A stretch of DNA of 64,000 bases from Gemmatimonadota bacterium. GTDB taxonomy: Bacteria; JBHIER01; G020348925. Shown in pieces: positions 9,853 through 19,548 of this stretch (the stretch's first letter is position 1; the number at the start of each line of letters is the position of its first letter). The stretch is taken from the NCBI GenBank assembly GCA_020348925.1, contig CP070758.1, positions 762,469 to 826,468 of the forward strand, given 5' to 3'. The notes under the pieces are model-generated. The model did not search any database. It was not told the DNA's origin and saw only the letters and a list, made by a program, of their open reading frames with translations. Position numbers and translations under genes: made by a program.

Positions 9853-10045
9853 TTTATACAAACCTCCCCTCTAACAGAAAAACTACTTACGAAAGAATTT
9901 GAAAAGAAAGAAACTCTATATCCATACACACACTACGATCATTACCCCCCTTCCTTCTCGACTTGACCTTTTCCCCTACTCTCTTGAATTTGCTTTTTGA
10001 GCATCACCTCCTTTTAGTTAGTGGAAGTTTTCAACTTCCTTTATA

Positions 10046-11365
10046 CTAAAATAAATATTGCAATCGAGTGTAAATCTCAAACATGTCGTCCGGATTCGGA
10101 TTTGTGGCGGTTTTGTAGAAATCGCCCACCAAAACATAGGCTGTCCCCAACTCGGCCGTCAGGCCACTGGTAAACTTATATCCCACGACCGCATCGAGTT
10201 CAAAGCCCTTATTCCTTTTGCCGTAAGCATTCTCCGCTGTCGAACGGAGAATGCCACCAGCAAGGGTGGTCCAGATCTTCTCTCTCGGTTCGAATCTGGC
10301 TCTCACCTGAAGAGATAAAAGCCCCAAACCACTGTTGTTGAGATCGGCGTTGAGTCCGGCTACGTCCTCATTTAAAGACGTGAAGATCTCCAAGTATCCG
10401 GCATAATTGGGGCCGAGAATTACATGAAAATCCCCACGACTGGTACTTGTTGATCTCTCCTTCTCCCCGGTGGAATGGGTAACTTGAAGACTGAGGGTTG
10501 TCGGGCCGAGGTTCTTGCTGCCTTCGAAGTTAAGTCCCAAACCGGAATTATCGATATCCTTAACACCAACGCTATCGAAGTCTGTTTTACCTTTATTATA
10601 TAGGATGAAACCACTAAGATCAAATCCTGCCCACTCTTTAACGCAGCTTATACCAGCCCATAAGTCTCGGGTTGTTCTATCGAATTTTAAGTTATCGTTG
10701 AGGAAATAAATATATGGGTTCACTTTACATTTACCAGAGAAAGATAGATCGGCTCCGATCTTTAAGAGATCTCTATCGTCAGCCTTCGTGAGATCACCTC
10801 CCTCATTCAATCTGAAGGCCCCAACAGTGAAAGAATGGGTGTTGAATCCGGTTGTGATCTCAACGCCAGCTACATCAAAATCCCAGTCCCAGTCGAAGAG
10901 GTAACCCTTAAATCCATCCATTGGCGATTGAATTCCGACTTTAAGGTTTACTCGGGTATCAGGAATATTGAAATCCAGATATGCATTTCGAGTCTCAATA
11001 TTGACCACGTCCGCGCCCTGCGCACCGCCGTAATTTTCGCCCACACCGTGTGTTCCCACACCCCATATCATATCGCCCACCTCGAAGGCAAGCACACCTT
11101 TAAGGTTTTTATTGGCTTGGCTTGTCAGAGAGAACCTGAACCTCTGGTCAACCAGTATACGTGTCCTCGAATCGGTTTCAGGCCCTATTATTGGACTTGT
11201 GACGAGAGGTGTAGCTGATCCATAATTATAAAACACGGTTCTGATCCTGTACGCCCCTGTGAATGTTGTACCACTAAAATCGTTGCCTCCTTCTTGGGCT
11301 TCTGCTTCCAAGGAAACGGTAGCCCATAAAGTCACAGCCATAATAACGGTAAATAACCCTCGCAT
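10046..11365 (-). CDS. Outer-membrane beta-barrel porin-like protein
   Basis: Signal peptide ending EAEA; DQRFR, FEVGD..WG, NIETRNAYLDF, G.ELDA...Y; ends RLQYLF. Start moved to ATG 11365 after GGAG. Confidence 0.75.
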   Translation of the reverse strand: MRGLFTVIMAVTLWATVSLEAEAQEGGNDFSGTTFTGAYRIRTVFYNYGSATPLVTSPIIGPETDSRTRILVDQRFRFSLTSQANKNLKGVLAFEVGDMIWGVGTHGVGENYGGAQGADVVNIETRNAYLDFNIPDTRVNLKVGIQSPMDGFKGYLFDWDWDFDVAGVEITTGFNTHSFTVGAFRLNEGGDLTKADDRDLLKIGADLSFSGKCKVNPYIYFLNDNLKFDRTTRDLWAGISCVKEWAGFDLSGFILYNKGKTDFDSVGVKDIDNSGLGLNFEGSKNLGPTTLSLQVTHSTGEKERSTSTSRGDFHVILGPNYAGYLEIFTSLNEDVAGLNADLNNSGLGLLSLQVRARFEPREKIWTTLAGGILRSTAENAYGKRNKGFELDAVVGYKFTSGLTAELGTAYVLVGDFYKTATNPNPDDMFEIYTRLQYLF

Positions 11366-11457
11366 CTCTCCAACTTTCAGTAATGTTAAATGTACCGGCT
11401 GGATCCGCATATATTTAGCACGAATCCCCACACCCGAGCATATTAAAATCTGTGCCT

Positions 11458-11916
11458 TTAGGACGCATCTATATATTCCAGTAATCCAGCTATTGTTTGT
11501 CTGAACCTGGAAGAAATGACCGAAGCAACCTCTTTCATAACTATATAACCGATGTGGCTATTTTTATCGAACAAATCTCTAAGCTCTGTTGCTGGCAGTA
11601 CTATGATTTTGGATTTTGTTACTGTGATAGCCGAAGCAGTAAGACTGTAAGGCTCGACGAGGGCAGACCATCCGAACATCTCGCCTTCTTCTATCTTATC
11701 GACTGAAACAGGTCCTGATATGCTTTTCAATTTAGTCTGAATATCAACCTCGCCCTCAATAAGGATGTACAGATACTCCGCTATGTTACCATCGGTAAGA
11801 ATTCTTGTACTGGCACCATAAGTTTCCTCGGAGGCCAGCCCTGCAATACTTGCCAGCTCATCTTTTTCCAGCCCTTGAAAAATAGACACCTTTTTAAGAA
11901 TGTCGACCGGTACCAT
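11458..11916 (-). CDS. Stand-alone cyclic-nucleotide-binding domain protein (no HTH)
   Basis: LKKVSIFQGL, LYILIEGEV, GEMFGWSALV.P..TASA; about 152 aa. Confidence 0.85.
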   Translation of the reverse strand: MVPVDILKKVSIFQGLEKDELASIAGLASEETYGASTRILTDGNIAEYLYILIEGEVDIQTKLKSISGPVSVDKIEEGEMFGWSALVEPYSLTASAITVTKSKIIVLPATELRDLFDKNSHIGYIVMKEVASVISSRFRQTIAGLLEYIDAS

Positions 11917-12197
11917 TTTTTCTTCCGTGTTTCGATTCAATTTAACGTTTTTTATATGCCATGTCTCATCTACAAATCTATAAAAATTGAAACAGAGCAG
12001 GCTTTCACGCAAATCCGAGAAGGAACTTCTAGGGAAGGATTTCTTTGGCAGGAATGACTATTTTGTGGATCCTTATTACTCACCTGCTCGGTCTTTTTTC
12101 TCTTCAGGACTGCAAGAGAAGAAGCGGAATAGGAGATGGAGTTTCTTTCCATAATGTACCCATGTTTAAGCTTTACTGTGAAGCGAAACGTGCATGG

Positions 12198-13142
12198 TCA
12201 ATTAGCACTCAACATTCCCAATCTATTGAAGATATTCTTGGTCTCTGCAATCATCTCCTTAAAAATCTCTTCAACACTTTGTCGTTTTTTAATTAAACCC
12301 GCGATCTGACCCATCATCACCGACCCGCTCACAACATTGCCATCTATAACTGCTGACTGCAATTTTCCAACAGCCAACCTTTCGATCTCCTCACGTGAAG
12401 CTCCATAGGATTCCAACTGTTGGAGTTTCAAGGTAAGATTATTCTTCAGTGCTCTCACTGGTGCATGAATGGATCTTCCTGTCACGGCTGTCGATCTGTC
12501 ATTGGCTCTGATGATAGCCTCTTTGTAATTTTCATGGGCTTTACACTCATGGGCTACAACCAAACGCGTTCCCAACTGTATCCCTTCTGCACCTAATGCG
12601 AACGCTGCAACCAATCCACGTCCATCTCCGATCCCGCCTGCGGCAATAACAGGAATATGCAGTGCATCCACCATTTGTGGAACTAATGCCATTGTTGAGG
12701 TCGTCCCTATGTGTCCCCCCGCTTCTTCTCCCTCAGCTATGACGGCATCGGCACCAGCCCTCTCCAATCTTCTGGCTAAAGCTACTGAGGCCACCACGGG
12801 AATGACAATGATTCCGGCTTTTTTCAAAGACGATATATATTGACTGCAATTTCCGGCCCCAAAGATCAAAACGTGAACCCTCTCCTCGCTGGCAACTTTG
12901 ATGCAGTTCTCAACCTCATCTGCAATGAGGACCAAATTGACCCCAAATTGTCTGTCACTCTTCTCTCTCGTCCTTTTGATCTGTTCCCTCAACTGACCTG
13001 ATGACATGTTTCCGCACGCTAAAACGCCCAGCCCCCCTGCGTCTGAGACCGCTGCTGTCAGATCGGGATCTGATACCCACGTCATCCCTCCCTGAATAAT
13101 GGGATATTTTGTTCCTAACAAATTTGTAATTCTGTTGTTCAC
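12198..13142 (-). CDS. fabK: Enoyl-ACP reductase II / nitronate monooxygenase family
   Basis: YPIIQGGM, EGEEAGGHIG, IAAGGIGDGRG, QLGTR, GS.MMGQIAGLI. Confidence 0.85.
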   Translation of the reverse strand: MNNRITNLLGTKYPIIQGGMTWVSDPDLTAAVSDAGGLGVLACGNMSSGQLREQIKRTREKSDRQFGVNLVLIADEVENCIKVASEERVHVLIFGAGNCSQYISSLKKAGIIVIPVVASVALARRLERAGADAVIAEGEEAGGHIGTTSTMALVPQMVDALHIPVIAAGGIGDGRGLVAAFALGAEGIQLGTRLVVAHECKAHENYKEAIIRANDRSTAVTGRSIHAPVRALKNNLTLKLQQLESYGASREEIERLAVGKLQSAVIDGNVVSGSVMMGQIAGLIKKRQSVEEIFKEMIAETKNIFNRLGMLSAN

Positions 13143-13151
13143 AAGACATAA

Positions 13152-13724
13152 TCACGAATAATTCGCTATACGACCAAACCTCATCTGAAAATCGTTCATC
13201 AAATTTTCGTAATCCCCCTTCACCTTTTCGAATAAGGTGGCATTCTCAATGGCAATGGCGCCTTGCTCAGCCAAAGCAGAGGCATATTCAATTTCATCTG
13301 GTGTAAATTCGTGAGGTACTTCAGTGTTAACCCTAAGAACACCAATAATTCTGTCTTTGACTGTCATAGGAATGCTCAGAATTGAACATATTCCCTCATT
13401 TTTAGCTTCGTTGGGGTATTGAACTCTCAAATCCTCAGTAGCATCAAATACTACTACAGGGTTCCCTTGCATAGCTTCAGCGATGCTCTTATCGGCATCA
13501 ACAGGCCCTTTTTTCAGACAGCTATCACTCAGGTCATGGGAAGCACAAAGTTCAAATTTCTCTTTGGCCTTATCGAACAGTCTTAGGATACATCCTTTGG
13601 CGTTAAGAGCTACAGACGTTCTTTCAGCGATTAACTTTAAGACCTCTTTCGGGTCTAACGTCGATGTAATTGCCTTACTTACTTGCCAAAACGTATGAAA
13701 ATATTTAGTATCACTATCTTCCAA
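13152..13724 (-). CDS. Stand-alone GAF domain protein
   Basis: SILSIPM.VKD.IIGVLRV....PHEF..DEIE...ALAEQGAIAIENA; TTG start after GGAGG. Confidence 0.85.
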   Translation of the reverse strand: MEDSDTKYFHTFWQVSKAITSTLDPKEVLKLIAERTSVALNAKGCILRLFDKAKEKFELCASHDLSDSCLKKGPVDADKSIAEAMQGNPVVVFDATEDLRVQYPNEAKNEGICSILSIPMTVKDRIIGVLRVNTEVPHEFTPDEIEYASALAEQGAIAIENATLFEKVKGDYENLMNDFQMRFGRIANYS

Positions 13725-13807
13725 TATTTATCACCCTCCTAAATTTTCCTTATATCTATCGTTAAGGTATCTCCTATGATATTGTAAAAGACACACAAGG
13801 CCATCCA

Positions 13808-13861
13808 ATTCAAATTTTAATAAATGATGGGAATATTCAAATTTTAATAAATGATGGGAAT
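13808..13861. repeat. Perfect 27-bp tandem duplication
   Basis: ATTCAAATTTTAATAAATGATGGGAAT at 13808-13834 and 13835-13861. Confidence 0.95.
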
Positions 13862-13887
13862 ATCAGTTTTAACCTCATTCTCCAACG

Positions 13888-14361
13888 TCAATGCTTTTCA
13901 TACTTGGAGCGATCCCCTTTTCGGTTTGATCTAATCATATATTCTTTTAAATATTTAACGTTCTCAATGCTCTGACGATACACTTGACAATTACGGCAAT
14001 CTCTGGAATTATGTGGACATAGCGTCTCCTCAATCATCCAACAGGGATTTTTATACTCATGGAATGCAGGACAATTCTCTTTGTTCTTGATAGTACATGG
14101 TTTGAGCTCCCAGCAGGGCAAAAGGGCCATGAGTCGCCGGACCCCCTCTAGATTGAGCCCATCTTCCCGTATGGCCTTGACAATGAAGTCAACTCTCCGA
14201 ATATCCTCTTCCGAAAAGAGTCGATGCTGTGATGTCTTTCTGAAAGGAATGAGCAAACCAGCACGTTCATACTTTCGTAGCGTGGCGTTCGACAAGTCGA
14301 ACCTTTTAGCCACATCTCGGATGGGATATCGGGGTGTGCGAGCATTTAGCTGTTGTTTCAT
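13888..14361 (-). CDS. MerR/HspR-like regulator with C-terminal Cys-rich (two-CW type) domain
   Basis: YPIRDVA....S.ATLRKYERAGLL.P.R....HRLFS..DI, GLNLEGVRR; tail CWELKPC..CPAF..PCW..C..CRNC. Confidence 0.88.
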   Translation of the reverse strand: MKQQLNARTPRYPIRDVAKRFDLSNATLRKYERAGLLIPFRKTSQHRLFSEEDIRRVDFIVKAIREDGLNLEGVRRLMALLPCWELKPCTIKNKENCPAFHEYKNPCWMIEETLCPHNSRDCRNCQVYRQSIENVKYLKEYMIRSNRKGDRSKYEKH

Positions 14362-14420
14362 TGTGCCCTCAGTAATCTCACCGTGAAAATTAGGCCCAAT
14401 ATATCTCTACTAAAAAATAC

Positions 14421-14469
14421 TGTACTTTAGAGTACAATAATAATATATATATTCTTCCTCCTATGTCAA
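14421..14469 (-). promoter_or_regulatory. Sigma70-type promoter for the MerR gene with downstream palindrome
   Basis: Minus strand TTGACA (14469-14464), 16-18 nt, TATATT/TATTAT, then TGTACT-N4-AGTACA at 14421-14436. Confidence 0.55.
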
Positions 14470-14832
14470 GTAAAATATTTTGAAACAGAGAACTTTTATT
14501 TAAGGGATCTATTTATTGGTGAATGTGAGCCTTAATTTCTTTGATTCTTGGGAAAAATATTGACTTCTTCATAACAACCCAGAGTGAAGAATGTCTTTAA
14601 TATTCCTTTATATATAGTGCTCTTCTCTTAAAAATTCCCAGACACAAAATTCTGAATATATACGGCCTATAGTGACGCCACCAAACCTTTGGTACCTCTC
14701 AATGACAGTGTATCTTGCGAATTAGATCCGGACAAGACGGCACTGTTTAAAATCTGCATCATATCCTATCTCTCTGTTTATTGTAATCTATTAGAAGGCG
14801 CACCCAGGAGAAAAATGTCCGCCACTAACTCC

Positions 14833-14932
14833 NNNNNNNNNNNNNNNNNNNNNNNNNNNNNNNNNNNNNNNNNNNNNNNNNNNNNNNNNNNNNNNNNNNN
14901 NNNNNNNNNNNNNNNNNNNNNNNNNNNNNNNN
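14833..14932. other. Assembly gap / contig join (100 N)
   Basis: Run of 100 N. Confidence 1.
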
Positions 14933-17377
14933 CAGGACCGTGTCAAAAACCGCCGGCTTGTACGTATCTCCCCATTCCTCAAAAACCGGGAAGAAGAAAC
15001 CCCACTCCGCCAGACCGAAGCTGATCTTGGGATAGGCGCTGTTGGGCCCGTCGTTGACCACCGTGGCAGAGACATCGAAGGGCATATTGTGGCACGGATA
15101 CCGCGGACTCCACCGGATGTTCTCCACGTGCACCGGCTGGACCGGACGACCGTCAGGTCCGAGATAGAAGTGCTTCGGATAGGGCAGAAACTCGATCTCC
15201 ACCTCTCCCCACTCACCGTTGCACTTGAAGGCTCTCACCTTGATCACTGTGGCCGTATCAGGCTCCACCTCCCCATCAGGCCAGACCGTCAGTATCAAAC
15301 TCTCCATGGCATTGGGCGGCAGGGTCCGATCCGTCCAGCTCAGATCGGCTTTCCAGTTCTCCGGCAGGTCTGTCACTCTCAACTCGAACCGCATGGGGTC
15401 CTGGTGATCGTTGTGCACCGGTATCGTAATCGGCGCCAGGCCCCACCTGACCGGCTCCTTCTCCCACGGTCCGTCCGGCCAGACCGTCATCCGGCAGCGG
15501 CGGCTCTCGTAATATGTCGGCACATCGTCCTCTAAGCACAAACTCATATCCCGGGTCCAGGCCACCACAATGTTCCGCACCCACCAGTTGTGCGTATCTG
15601 AGTGGTGATGGAACCCGCAATCACACACGACAGTATCCGCCCCGCCTGCCGGAACAAGAATCTCATCTACACAGGAAGCGAACAATCCGAATGGAAGCAT
15701 GGTGAACAAGCCCCACGGCCCGTCGAAGAAGGAGACACCCACTATTCGATCCTCATCACACGTGTTGTGGAAAACAGCCTGCACCGTGTAATTGTCGCAG
15801 ATACACGGGTACTCCCCACGATAGGGATGGCTCCAGGTGATGTCCGGCTCGTGGATCTCAACACACTCGGGCTGGTAGTCCAGACAGACCTCCACCATGT
15901 ACTCGTAACCGGGGAAACATTTCCATTCACCCAGCTCCGCATTGTAAATCCAGGAGTGACTCGTCTCGTGACCGTAATCCCCGAAAATCCTCGGCCTGTT
16001 CTGCCCGGACGGCATCATCCACACGATGTAAAAACAACTCTTGGCCGGTATCTGGATGCACGTCTCGTTCACCTCCACCTTCTCCCACTCCCAGTTGCCG
16101 ATAAAATCACCTGCTCCCACCTGACCCAACCAGACACCCAGGGGACTCTGCCCAGGGTCAAGCGGTTCACAGGGGGGACAAAAATTTTCACGCCCCAGGT
16201 AAACCCACAAATTCACCGATCCTGGATCGTACCACTGGAAGGAGACCGACGTCAGCCTGGCCTCGCCCTTGGGATTGTAAAAGCCCACGGCGTAGGTGTC
16301 CTGGTCGGCGGTACCGGGACCGCTGCCGATGAGAAAGTCCTCGGCTGGCTCATCCAGATCGTTATCCATACACGTGTCACCCCAGGAGACGGCCGGAAGA
16401 GGACCAATGGTGAAATTATTATCGCTCATATCAGAGGGTGTGCCGGTGAGGGCATCGGAAATTCGAATCCGGCACTGTATCGAGGGGGTATTGTTTACGG
16501 TCCACAGGTGACTAATAGGTGTAGCAGTAACCGGGCTGGGGACATTGGTGGCAATGGTGTGAGGAAACGTCACACCGCCATCCGTGGACAGTTCAATGTC
16601 CACATTGCCGGTGAAAATATGAGCGTGCCACACGATAGGAAACGGCCAGCCCACCCCCAATGCTTCACCCCCATTGGGAACATCGACAGTAATCGTCGGA
16701 TTTGACGTAATGGTGAAATCCGCATCACTCACGTCCGTCGGACCCCCACCGGCAGCGTTTGAAATTCGAATACGGCACTGCGTTGAAGGTGTATTAAAAA
16801 CATTCCATGTATAGCTGGTTGCAGTATGCGAGACTGGAGTAGGGATGTTCGTAGCAACGGTGTAAGGATACGTCCCACCCCCATCGATGGAAAGTTCAAT
16901 ATCCACATTACCCGTGAAAATATGAGTGTGCCAAACGATGATGCGCGGCTCGTCCGCCTCCCAGCTCTCGCCTCCATCGGGAATATCGACAGTGATCGTC
17001 GGGTTTGACGTAATCGTGAAATTCGCATTACTCGCATCCGTCGGACCTCCACCCGCGGCATTAGATATTCGAATACGGCATTGCGTTGAGGGTGTATTGG
17101 TTACGGTCCATTGATAGCTAAGAGGTGTGTCAGTGCTCGGGCTGGGGACGTTGGTGGCAATACTGTAGGGATACGATCCACCCCCATTGGTTGAAAGTTC
17201 GATATTCACATTTCCCGTCCAATCAGGGCTGTGCCACACAATAAAGCGAGGTGTGTCTGCTTCCCATGAATTTCCGCCATTTGGCATATCAAGCATCAAG
17301 GTCTGGGCCGGAGTGAAAGAGAGGAAACCTCCTCCAAACATCATGATGATTATCAAAAGGAAACTTTTTGCCTTCAT
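14933..17377 (-). CDS. Large secreted modular protein with three Ig-like repeats and Cys-rich CARDB-like domains (3' end lost in gap)
   Basis: AGGAGG then ATG 17377, signal peptide MKAKSFLLIII...PAQ; three ~101-aa PNGGE.W...IVW...V.IELS.DGG..CRIRIS..D.S..FTI units; reading frame open into the gap. Confidence 0.8.
16405..17300 (-). repeat. Three intragenic tandem repeats, period about 303 bp
   Basis: GACAGTAATCGTCGGATTTGACGTAAT at 16685 vs GACAGTGATCGTCGGGTTTGACGTAAT at 16988; boundaries approximate. Confidence 0.85.
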
Positions 17378-17672
17378 TGCAATTCCTCCTGTGATGAACT
17401 CTCCTGTTTTTTTGAGTGATTTGACTGTCCCTGATGAGGATGCGGTCAATGGATCCAGAGCCAGGGGCACGAAGAGAATACAATGTAAGATAGAAATAAC
17501 AGTACTTAACCGCAAGCATTAATTGAATAATTCTTGCCGTTCCCCATCCGCTTTCACCGGAGTGAAACGACATATCGTTTCAATTGAACACCCTTCAAAA
17601 CCAATATTCTTGCCCACTCTCGAAAATGTGCATATCTCATTTATCTTGATTTTATGAATAGTCCGGGTTAAT

Positions 17673-17701
17673 AAAAAAAGGCCGGAACGTCCAGCCTTTT
17701 T
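17673..17701 (-). terminator. Rho-independent terminator after TPR gene
   Basis: Minus strand GGCTGGA-CGT-TCCGGCC-TTTTTTT; T-runs on both sides. Confidence 0.75.
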
Positions 17702-17747
17702 GTTGAAATATTCAATTTTGTTTTTTTACATTGTGTCGCAGCTTGGG

Positions 17748-18797
17748 TTATTCCTGATCGTCGCCACCTTTGAGGCTTTCCGCCTTTTCCAGAGCTTCCT
17801 TTCCCTTATCCTCCTCCCCCACCTTAAAATAGACAATGCCCAACGCCTCCCAGGCATCGCTATGCATGGGGTCCAGCTGGACAATTCGTTCCAAATAAGG
17901 TTGCGCTGCCTCATATTTTTCCATGTTGAAATAGACGAGTCCGAGATTATAAATAGCATCGATATCGGTATCGTCCAATTCGACGGCTTTCTGGAAATTG
18001 GGAATGGCGTTTTCGTAGTCTTCCCTCTGGGAGTACAACACTCCGATGTTATAGTACAAATCCTTTTCATCCGGCCTGAGCTAGATGGCCTTCTGATAGG
18101 CAGCGATCGCCTCATCGAAGCTTTCCGTCTGCTCATAAGCCTGCGCGATGTACATCCAGGCATTGGGATTCGTGGGATCCAGATCAAGGGATTTTTTATA
18201 CTCCTCAGCCGCGTTCGGAAACATTTTTAGATTAAAATACGTGGTGGCTAAATTCATTCTGATTTGCGCATCGTTAGGGGCAAGTTCGACAGCTTTCTGG
18301 CACGCTGCGATGGCCTCATCGTTGCGCCCCAGAATGGAATAAACGAAACCCAACTGACTGAAAGATTTCTCCTTCATAGGCCAGATTCGTGTTGCGTTCC
18401 CAAAGTATTCAGCGGCCTTATCATATTTTTTGGCGTTGAGATACGTGATTCCATCATTGTAGTAATCTATCCACATGGTCTCACGGCCGGTCCAATATTT
18501 TCTGTCCCCTCGGTTCACAATGCTCTCTTTGGCAGGATCCAATTTGATGACCGTCTCAAATTCCCGGTTCATCTCCTCGAATTTTTTCGTCTTGGCATAC
18601 ACAACTCCGAGTAAAAAATGGGGTTCCCAATCTTGAGGAATTTGCTCGACCGCCATCTCCAGCTGGTCCCTAGCCTTGTCCAAATTATCCTGTCCCAGAT
18701 ATAACTTTCCCGAAGTGAGGGCCGCGTTCTTCGAACAGGAAAGGGAAAAAGCCGTGCACCCTAACACAACCGCAATAAGAAAAAACTTTAACTTCAT
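17748..18797 (-). pseudogene. TPR-repeat lipoprotein interrupted by in-frame TAG at 18081-18083
   Basis: Signal MKLKFFLIAVVLGCTAFSLSC after GGAGG; continuous TPR reading AYQKAI*LRPDEKDLYYNIGVLY; the two track ORFs are in the same frame. Confidence 0.8.
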
Positions 18798-19413
18798 CGT
18801 ACCCTCCCGATAGTTATAGATGCATTTGTGTTTTCCGAGTATCTCCGAGGGGAAAGCCCTCATGAAATTGACATTAAATTTATGTAGAAAAAAGGGAAAG
18901 TCAATATCTTTTTGAAAGATGCTTTTTTCCCAGAAGTACGATTCCTGAGTTTGTGACAACACACGCACGTATCTCTTTTCAAGAAGATTTCGCGCAGCAG
19001 AGCGGCACGCAAAACATTCGTACTCTTGCCCTACCTTTCTCCCAATACCGTTTCCCCGGATCACTGATGCGTGATCAGTGGTAACGATGGTTCCCCGGAA
19101 TCGGGACGGATAGAGGACCGGTATCGATGTGCGACGTTCGATGCCTGTGGGATGAAAATCTTTGTTGCATGAACCTCCGTTCTTTCTCTCCAAGTTTCGC
19201 AAGACGTCTCAACTACGACAATTGACTCCACACCGTGTGCAGCGTCGTATTGAAAAAAATGGGCACCGAACAAACGTCTCTGATGCAATAGATTTAAGGC
19301 CCCTCGCCGCTTCTCTTTCGTATTCTGTCGGAATTCGCAGCTCCTTTTTTCGGAACCCCCAAGGGCAGGTCCGTGATCGTGGGCAAATTTCCTCAAAAAG
19401 TTGTAATTTTTAC

Positions 19414-19442
19414 TTGACTTTGCCCTCTTTTTTTGATAGAAT
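19414..19442 (+). promoter_or_regulatory. Sigma70-type promoter with extended -10
   Basis: TTGACT-17 nt-TAGAAT with TG upstream of the -10; precedes the VWA gene. Confidence 0.65.
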
Positions 19443-19548
19443 GGTAGTTACAGAAAACTGAAAAATGCTTCTTCATCTAAATGGGAGAAAATAGAAGAAT
19501 TTATTTAATAGCCAATTCGATGAGAGAACTCTTGAAAAGGAGGAAGAC

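Noticed and set aside
13808-13861. CRISPR array
   Set aside because: Two abutting copies with no spacer and no cas genes; no array seen in the window
15602-16705. Long antisense ORFs (also 28402-29826, 37891-38832, 56418-57236)
   Set aside because: Shadows of well-supported genes on the opposite strand, with no recognisable motifs
19059-19080. Overlapping palindromes GATCAC-N6-GTGATC and CACTGAT-N5-ATCAGTG in the divergent spacer
   Set aside because: Far from both predicted promoters and no match to a motif I can name
18798-19202. N-terminal extensions of track ORFs (also 17378-17515 and 58069-58245)
   Set aside because: Downstream ATGs have RBS plus signal peptide or family start; the extensions cover promoter-like or tRNA sequence
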